From an uncultured virus (IMG/VR IMGVR_UViG_3300034062_004993) (Duplodnaviria; Heunggongvirae; Uroviricota; Caudoviricetes), in IMG/VR virus record IMGVR_UViG_3300034062_004993: DNA of 64,000 nucleotides; one strand, 5' to 3'. Positions 57,381 to 64,000 of the stretch are shown piece by piece. Below the pieces are notes generated by a model. The model was not told the DNA's origin and did not search any database. It was given only the letters and a program-made list of their open reading frames with translations. Positions within the stretch are counted from its first letter, which is position 1. Each line of letters starts with the position of its first letter. Both the position numbers and the translations under genes were made by a program.

Positions 57381-58457
57381 TTAGAAATCTAATTTTACTT
57401 TTAAAAGAATTTCATTAGCATATGATTTCAAAATAGGTTGTGATAATTTTGCAACCGCTAACATTTCATTTGTATTATTATACAAGCCAATTGTTGTAAT
57501 GTATGATTTTGGGTCATTTACAAAAGTTGGTTGTGATAGTGTATATCCCCCATTTGCGGAAGATGTTACATACGATGGGTTATTACTAAAATTAAATTTA
57601 CTGTTTCTTACTCTTAAAAAGTAATATGTGGATTTAACTTCTTCTTCATTTCTGGCTTTAAAAGCGTTGTTTGTAGAATCAACAGCAGCCGACCTACTGA
57701 TAGCAGAGAATAACTTAAATGAATTGTTTCCATTGTTATTTGATGATGTGTCTGTTCCCAATGAGGCAGATGCATCAAGCGCAGTGCCTGATAAAACAAT
57801 TACCCCTCTTTGTGGATAAACCCGTCCATATGTTAGTGTAGAAGCTACCGTATTAACCCCTGTTGCCAATGAACCTGATACAACATTGTAATATTCTTGT
57901 TCAGCCGATGATAACTGTGTTACATCCGCTGAATCATCTATCAATTTTATTTGCTTACCAGAACCACTTATTGTTAATTCCCAATTACCTCTATCCAATT
58001 TATCTTTTAATCTACTTCTTTTGAAATTAACGATGTATATAGAATTTTCATCACCAACGCCTGTAAAATTAAATTTAACAGTTGATGATGGTAATAAGGT
58101 TTGTTGATATTGTGCGTAAATAGCACGAGATGGTGAATCTGCAAAACCTATACCCGCAGCAGTAGAACCCAAAGAACCACTACCGAGAGCATGGCCGTAT
58201 GCTATTGAAAATTGAACCTCTCTCGTCGAATCAGTCCCAACTTTATCATAAACATCATAGTAATAATTACCCGAAGAAGCGCTTTGTGCAGAAGAGGTAA
58301 AAAATGTTGCTAATGATGCTGCATTACCACTAAACAACCCACGCGTTACTCGTTGTGAATCATCCTGATAAATATCATCTGCTATTATTTGTTCAAATGT
58401 AAATAATGAACCAGCACTAGCACTTGAGCTTCCTAATTGTATTGTTTTAGTTGCCAT
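57381..58457 (-). CDS. Putative baseplate protein
   Basis: FNFSNNPS, YITTIGLYNN..EMLAVAKLSQP, VKLDF. Confidence 0.6.
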   Translation of the reverse strand: MATKTIQLGSSSASAGSLFTFEQIIADDIYQDDSQRVTRGLFSGNAASLATFFTSSAQSASSGNYYYDVYDKVGTDSTREVQFSIAYGHALGSGSLGSTAAGIGFADSPSRAIYAQYQQTLLPSSTVKFNFTGVGDENSIYIVNFKRSRLKDKLDRGNWELTISGSGKQIKLIDDSADVTQLSSAEQEYYNVVSGSLATGVNTVASTLTYGRVYPQRGVIVLSGTALDASASLGTDTSSNNNGNNSFKLFSAISRSAAVDSTNNAFKARNEEEVKSTYYFLRVRNSKFNFSNNPSYVTSSANGGYTLSQPTFVNDPKSYITTIGLYNNTNEMLAVAKLSQPILKSYANEILLKVKLDF

Positions 58458-58480
58458 TTATATATTCCTATTTTTTTATA

Positions 58481-59083
58481 TTAAATACCTCTAACAGTTG
58501 TGGCTTGTGTTGTTGTTGATGTAACAGTTGGTGTAACCGTTACATTTATATCAACTCTACCACCAGTTACATTACCAACAACAATTATTTTTGTTGATTG
58601 TGTTGTTTCAGGTATCAATTTATTAACAGCCGTAAATCGGAAACTTTCATTATTAATAACTTCAATAGTCCCCAATGTATCATCCAACAATGTTACAGTG
58701 TAAGGTTGTAAATCACCACTAATAGTAAAGATAACCGAACCACCCGCTGCTGGTAACACACTTTGTTGTGGAACACTTATACTAGCCGGCGTAACAGAAA
58801 AAATTGGAACGGATGTTGCGTTCTTTGGTAAAGTTAATAATTTATATCTTAACGCAAAATTTTCATCGGTAATTGCTTCTAAAACAGGCATATTCTCAAT
58901 TATCTCACCATAGTAATCCGAACCCAATGAGTGTGCGGTATTCCATAGTGTATAATCAACTTCATCATCACCCAAAGCGAATTTGGTAATTTCAAAGTTT
59001 CCACGGCCGGATGCTAAATACTCTCTACCTTTTTTTGTTAATATAGCATCAACAGTTACCGATGTATTATCTAAATATCCCAT
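58481..59083 (-). CDS. Putative baseplate / tail-collar-like protein
   Basis: AILTKKGREYLA...ITKFALGDDEVDY motif. Confidence 0.6.
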   Translation of the reverse strand: MGYLDNTSVTVDAILTKKGREYLASGRGNFEITKFALGDDEVDYTLWNTAHSLGSDYYGEIIENMPVLEAITDENFALRYKLLTLPKNATSVPIFSVTPASISVPQQSVLPAAGGSVIFTISGDLQPYTVTLLDDTLGTIEVINNESFRFTAVNKLIPETTQSTKIIVVGNVTGGRVDINVTVTPTVTSTTTQATTVRGI

Positions 59084-59141
59084 ATAATTTCCTACTTTTA
59101 TTTCTTATAAATATAGATTTTTTAAATTTAATTCCAATTAG

Positions 59142-62100
59142 TTACACAATTAATCTACCAGCGGAGGCTGCGCCAGTTGTAATTGGTATTGTTGTTGTTG
59201 TGGGTGTAGATACTGTCGCATCTTGTACCGATACATTTTGTGGTGCTACTCCCAATACAAATGGGTCTGCTGTAAATATTTCTACACTTGATTTTCCATC
59301 AATTGATGTTACCCCACTATTACAACCATTAAATCTTAGATTTTGCAAGCTTGCAGGCAATTCATCGGTTTGAGTTGGTGCGGGTACTAATGATGATGAA
59401 TAATAATTACCAATTGATGCTGATAATGAAGATGAATAAAAATATTGTGTTGTATTTGCGGTCATAGATAATCTTTGACCCATAATAGAACTAGTGGCTG
59501 AATAATTCCAGTAACCATTTGTGGTTGTTAAAGAATATACCCCACTACTTGCTGAAAGAATTGGCGTTGTGTATTGATATGTTGATTGTAAATGAGCATC
59601 TTTCCAGTCTATATCCGCTAAATAATCATTCTTACTTCCAACTATACTTTGTGGCAGTAAACTAATATTAGCTAAGTAATCATTTTGGGTGTGTGATATT
59701 TTATCACCCCTTTTATATTTGTTTCTTTCCAATATGTGTGGTTCTAACAATACACCACCAATGTATTCGTTTCTAGCAGGTATTAATTGTTTAACTTGCT
59801 CAAATATACTATGGTCATATATAGAAAGCATTTTCAACAACAACCCAATAGCAGTTCCCCTTTTTTGAGCAGAACCTGATGCCGCCGTTAAATTAACATA
59901 TTTATCAAAATATTTTGTAGCCCTATATCTTAATTGCGGATAATCTTCATTGAATCTATCATCTGGGTCTCCAACCCAATCATCTACCTCAAAATATCCC
60001 TCTGAATTATATATATCATTATTCACAACATCAGTTGAACTAAAATACAACGCTACTAAATTTGAATCAAATGGAGCGTAATCATATTGAGATACTTCCG
60101 CTGTTTTATCAACATCCAATGATGAACTTAAAACTGAAGATTCAATTCTTACTTTGTTGTTATTTAAATTCAACGCACCAACAGATGGTATTTTTGTAAA
60201 TTGAGTATCAACCTCACCAACTAAATCAGATGATATGTGATTTGGTAATGATGCGGTTAATGGTGAACCTCCAGAGGTTGTTTTAAAAAATTGATTAGGA
60301 TGTGATGATGATATCGTAGTTGGTAATGATGTAAACCCACTATCAGGAAATATTCTATAAACCAAATTTTTATATGAAAATGTGCTGTTTAAATCAGTTG
60401 TATTATCATCCGAAAAATATGCTTCAGTATTCTTTGCATGCTCTTCAAATATTTCTTGTGAAAGCGATGATGAATAATATCTTATTTCTTGAATTGATGC
60501 GGTTGCTGGCATCCCAAACGTAGAGGACCCAATAATAAATTGAGTTGAATTATTAAATATAGCTGTAGAATCACCAGTAGTAGATGTGGCTGATAAAGAT
60601 GCAAGTACATTTCCAAAATCATCTTTAAATGCTGCGTAAATTGTTGTTGAATTATTTGAATTATTTAAAACTATGCCAAAAGAACCATCTCTTCTACTTT
60701 TATAATTCATATAAGATGAACTCATTATTAGTGAGGCGCCGTGTTTTCCAAGTATTCTAGCTTGGCCACCGGAATAGTTCCATTCAAAAACTATATCAGT
60801 TGCACCCCCAGTTAATCTACCTATTGTAAAATCACCCAACGGCATTTTACCAATTACTTCAATTGAATTAGGTCTACTACCATTAATAGTTCCAAATGGA
60901 TTTCTTATTGTTTTAGAATCAGTTGTTTCTACTTTATATATAAATCTTTCCGATTCATATATATTGGGTTCATCAACAACTTTCGGTCCGCCGAACTCCC
61001 GTATTTTCAAAAGCGTTTCAGGTATACCATAACACGATAAAAGGGCTTTAATAGAACGGGCTGTTCCCTTTGATTTGTAAATATATGGTAAGTTATTTAA
61101 TATTCTACGCCAAACCTCTGCTCTTATTTTTTGTTTTGGTTTTGTTTCCAATCCGCCAATCGTTGTTGAACGATTTCCAGATGTATCAGTTCCTAAAACA
61201 TATTCCCATAAATTAGCTTGCCCCCAACCATTGGATAAATTCCACCCCATTGATTTTGCAACATCGTATAATAATTCATCCGACATACCATCATTTGGAT
61301 GTTCCTCTCGCTTATTAATGTTTGTTAATGATTCAACATATGTCCATAAAATGTCAAAATGCTGTCCAATCATATTAACAAATAATAAATAATCTTGGTT
61401 TAACGGGTCCTCTTTTAATGAAATCGGAATTAAATTTATAAGAGCAGATTCATTCTGCGAATCATATAATGATGCTGAACTATAAACTCCTTCATACCAA
61501 CTTTCGGCTTGTGAGCTAGTTGTTGGGTAAAATACAATTGGATATGTGGATTGTTTTGGATAAGGTACAATCGTATTTGTTGATGTTGAATAATGGGTGT
61601 ATAATGAAGCGCTTACACTTTCATACATCCATTTTTCAAATCCATCAAAACCACCAATTAAAGTATCTCTACGAGAGATTGATTGAGATATGTTTGTTAA
61701 TGCATGAGAACCTGAAACTTGTTGTAGTGTTTGTATTCTAGCATTATATGTTTCAATTGTTTGTAATTTGTAAAAAAAATTATCAACTCTTTCGGTTGCG
61801 GATGAATAATGAACAAACTTAGAAAAATCAGAATAATCTATGTTTAATTTTATGTTTCCAAAAGAACCGCTGAAATATGAATCTATTATTTGCTGCGATG
61901 TTGGTAAATTTGCGCCCAATAAATCATTCCATGTTTGAAAATCAGTTCCATCAGATTTACCGAATTTATCTAATTCAATATTAAAGTTTGGTTCTAGAAC
62001 TTGTTCGGGTTCTACTTCACTAAATTGATTATAAACTATAATTTTTTCAACATAAGATTTCTGCAATCTTCCATCAATAGAAAACCTATCACCAATGTTT

Positions 62101-62771
62101 ATAGTATCGCTGATTGGTGTTACTAATTTTATATAAACCTCGCTTATAAAATCATCATCGCTTCCGTTAAGGTCGCCAATAAACTTTATACTAGCGACAT
62201 CAGATATATTATTATTACCAAAATTTAAAATGAATTCAGGCCTATTTTTTGTAAAAATATAATTACTATCGCTTTGAACCCCACTTTGAATTTCTTTTAT
62301 TAAATACATTGGTGGATTTTGCAATATACCATTGGCTTTTATTTCGGTTCTATCAGAAGAAATTTCCCCTATTGTTATATTGTTTGTATCCAACCCACCA
62401 AAAAAATTGTATAATGGATTATAAACAAGTGTATATACCCCAAAATCAAACCCAGCCTCTCTAATATCTTTTTCAGGAGAAAATGCAAACGAAGTATTTT
62501 GTGTTTGTATAAATTTTTTATCGTAAACCGATTTTAATAAATTATTTTCAGTATCGTATATATGTAATTCCAAAGAAGCCGGTATTTCAAAGGAAATAGG
62601 AAATGTTGAAAAGTTATCAGTTTTTTGTTTAAGTCTTAATTTAAGGAGGCTATCATCAGGTGATAGTTTTAAATTATAGGAATTAATTTTAGTAGCTTGC
62701 GCAAAAGTTTCACCATACACCGGTTTGGTATCTAAAACTTCATTTACATTTACAAATCTATCTAAAGACAT
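59142..62771 (-). CDS. Large putative baseplate wedge protein
   Basis: FVNMIGQHFD, ILNNLPYIYKSKGTARSIKALLSCYG (gpI / gp7-like wedge motif), GVLLEPHILER. Confidence 0.65.
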   Translation of the reverse strand: MSLDRFVNVNEVLDTKPVYGETFAQATKINSYNLKLSPDDSLLKLRLKQKTDNFSTFPISFEIPASLELHIYDTENNLLKSVYDKKFIQTQNTSFAFSPEKDIREAGFDFGVYTLVYNPLYNFFGGLDTNNITIGEISSDRTEIKANGILQNPPMYLIKEIQSGVQSDSNYIFTKNRPEFILNFGNNNISDVASIKFIGDLNGSDDDFISEVYIKLVTPISDTINIGDRFSIDGRLQKSYVEKIIVYNQFSEVEPEQVLEPNFNIELDKFGKSDGTDFQTWNDLLGANLPTSQQIIDSYFSGSFGNIKLNIDYSDFSKFVHYSSATERVDNFFYKLQTIETYNARIQTLQQVSGSHALTNISQSISRRDTLIGGFDGFEKWMYESVSASLYTHYSTSTNTIVPYPKQSTYPIVFYPTTSSQAESWYEGVYSSASLYDSQNESALINLIPISLKEDPLNQDYLLFVNMIGQHFDILWTYVESLTNINKREEHPNDGMSDELLYDVAKSMGWNLSNGWGQANLWEYVLGTDTSGNRSTTIGGLETKPKQKIRAEVWRRILNNLPYIYKSKGTARSIKALLSCYGIPETLLKIREFGGPKVVDEPNIYESERFIYKVETTDSKTIRNPFGTINGSRPNSIEVIGKMPLGDFTIGRLTGGATDIVFEWNYSGGQARILGKHGASLIMSSSYMNYKSRRDGSFGIVLNNSNNSTTIYAAFKDDFGNVLASLSATSTTGDSTAIFNNSTQFIIGSSTFGMPATASIQEIRYYSSSLSQEIFEEHAKNTEAYFSDDNTTDLNSTFSYKNLVYRIFPDSGFTSLPTTISSSHPNQFFKTTSGGSPLTASLPNHISSDLVGEVDTQFTKIPSVGALNLNNNKVRIESSVLSSSLDVDKTAEVSQYDYAPFDSNLVALYFSSTDVVNNDIYNSEGYFEVDDWVGDPDDRFNEDYPQLRYRATKYFDKYVNLTAASGSAQKRGTAIGLLLKMLSIYDHSIFEQVKQLIPARNEYIGGVLLEPHILERNKYKRGDKISHTQNDYLANISLLPQSIVGSKNDYLADIDWKDAHLQSTYQYTTPILSASSGVYSLTTTNGYWNYSATSSIMGQRLSMTANTTQYFYSSSLSASIGNYYSSSLVPAPTQTDELPASLQNLRFNGCNSGVTSIDGKSSVEIFTADPFVLGVAPQNVSVQDATVSTPTTTTIPITTGAASAGRLIV

Positions 62772-62795
62772 ATTCTATTTCTTTCTGATTAGAAA

Positions 62796-63122
62796 TTATT
62801 GCATTTCAATAGGGTTATTACCTAACGATGGGTCATTTGTTATTATACCACCACCACCAATACTATTATTGGTAGTAGAAGTTGTAGGAGTGGTAGTCTG
62901 ATTATTTTGGTTATTACCTAATATCTGAAAAAACTCAGTACTTCCCGAAATAATTTCCGGCGAAACATCTTCAACATTTGTTGGGATAATTTGTAAAAAA
63001 GAAAGATTTTCAAATTTTCTAACAAAATTATTCAACTCAATTACACCATAAGTATCATTTGAATCTGATAATGAATATGATAGAATTCTTCCTTGATTGT
63101 TTCTTTTTATTTCTCTTTCCAT
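62796..63122 (-). CDS. Hypothetical protein
   Basis: ORF track; translationally coupled to the upstream gene. Confidence 0.6.
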   Translation of the reverse strand: MEREIKRNNQGRILSYSLSDSNDTYGVIELNNFVRKFENLSFLQIIPTNVEDVSPEIISGSTEFFQILGNNQNNQTTTPTTSTTNNSIGGGGIITNDPSLGNNPIEMQ

Positions 63123-64000
63123 TATCTAACTACCTTAAAATAAAAATCATTATCGTAATACTTTTCCAGACCATCAGAATCTATTCTAAAAACAAATTTA
63201 TAATATCTTTCAGGTTGTAATGAATTAAACCAAAAATCAAAATAATTGCTCGTAGAATCACATTCAATCTTTGTATAAGTAGTATCAAATGGGATAATTT
63301 CTAATTCAGTTTCAACATCTATTAATGACCAATAAGAGGATGTTGGTAAATATTTTACGGTAGATAATGCACCACTATTACCAAATGTCCTTTGTGGATA
63401 TCTTTCTCTACCATAAACCCGAATCCTATCTTTTGAATCTTGTTTATATTCGGATTTTAATCCCTTTGTATATAAAACAATATTTTCCGAAGTCAATGCA
63501 GAAAGTGAGCCTGTTTGAAATTGAGAATCATTCCATTTAACTTCTAATGTAGGCACCCATATGGTATGTGTTTCGGTTGAAAAGTATTTTGATACACCAT
63601 ACTTAATTGATGATGTTTCATCGGTATTAGACCTTTTAATTATAAACCCATTATTTTGTCTACTACCATTTAGAATATCATTTACATATTGAGTTATTTC
63701 TATATTTAAATCCGAAACATTTCTACTGAAAGATTGCGAATAAATAGTCCCATTAACAGAGGATGTAAACCATGTTCCACCACCTGCATTAATTGACCAA
63801 TATGAGCCTGAATTTATTGGTGATTGAACACTCCAACTAACATTTGTGTTTCTATAAACCCAGTTTGAATCATTTTCATTGTGAGGTGTATCGGGCAAAG
63901 AACCGACACCTTCCGACCAACTTTGTGATATTGGGTAAATATACAAATCATATTCAGAAGGTATTTCTCTTTCATCGGATGAAATAAGGTTTAAATAATA
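63122..64000 (-). CDS. Putative virion protein, 5'-truncated by the window edge
   Basis: Frame is open to base 64000 (YYLNLISSDEREIPSEYDLYIYPISQSWSEG...); NNGFIIK, FSTET...PTLEVKW motifs. Confidence 0.7.
   Translation of the reverse strand, partial: YYLNLISSDEREIPSEYDLYIYPISQSWSEGVGSLPDTPHNENDSNWVYRNTNVSWSVQSPINSGSYWSINAGGGTWFTSSVNGTIYSQSFSRNVSDLNIEITQYVNDILNGSRQNNGFIIKRSNTDETSSIKYGVSKYFSTETHTIWVPTLEVKWNDSQFQTGSLSALTSENIVLYTKGLKSEYKQDSKDRIRVYGRERYPQRTFGNSGALSTVKYLPTSSYWSLIDVETELEIIPFDTTYTKIECDSTSNYFDFWFNSLQPERYYKFVFRIDSDGLEKYYDNDFYFKVVR

Noticed and set aside
994..61741. Many plus-strand ORFs in the track (e.g. 4145..4552, 21772..22389, 26076..26909, 27156..27767)
   Set aside because: All are antisense shadows of long minus-strand genes with biased codons; no recognisable motifs
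1..64000. Stop-codon reassignment as in some large phages
   Set aside because: Conserved genes are full length in code 11 with dense packing, and TAG/TGA act as real stops
1..64000. tRNA or rRNA genes
   Set aside because: Intergenic gaps are short and I saw no cloverleaf or T-loop signatures; a tRNAscan run would be definitive

Overview
AT-rich 64 kb segment of a large T4-like (contractile-tailed) phage genome. Essentially all real genes are on the minus strand and read normally in code 11. In transcription order (right to left) it holds baseplate-type genes, a short DNA-metabolism block (T7 endonuclease I-like resolvase, Mom-like DNA modifier, primase, fused Mre11-Rad50), putative head-packaged proteins, terminase large subunit, portal, prohead protease, modular proteins, ribosomal protein bS21, scaffold, major capsid, PhoH, about 19 kb of fibre/adhesin genes, three neck genes, sheath, tube, tail chaperone and the start of the tape measure gene. 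bS21 next to the head genes, GNVGIGT repeats and a TTTG..TATATTG promoter suggest a Bacteroidota host (inference). The most striking signals are: (1) cassette-like proteins whose small modules are joined by KESVNE/xNE linkers that resemble prohead-protease sites, with the KESVNE linker encoded by a near-identical 19-nt DNA word in three different genes; (2) a coding-strand TATTTAT motif in front of 18 genes; (3) bS21 together with AGGAG Shine-Dalgarno sites on structural genes; (4) a likely programmed frameshift in the tail chaperone; (5) a candidate structured RNA that can pair over a fibre-gene start region. All family assignments come from motif recognition only; no searches were run.
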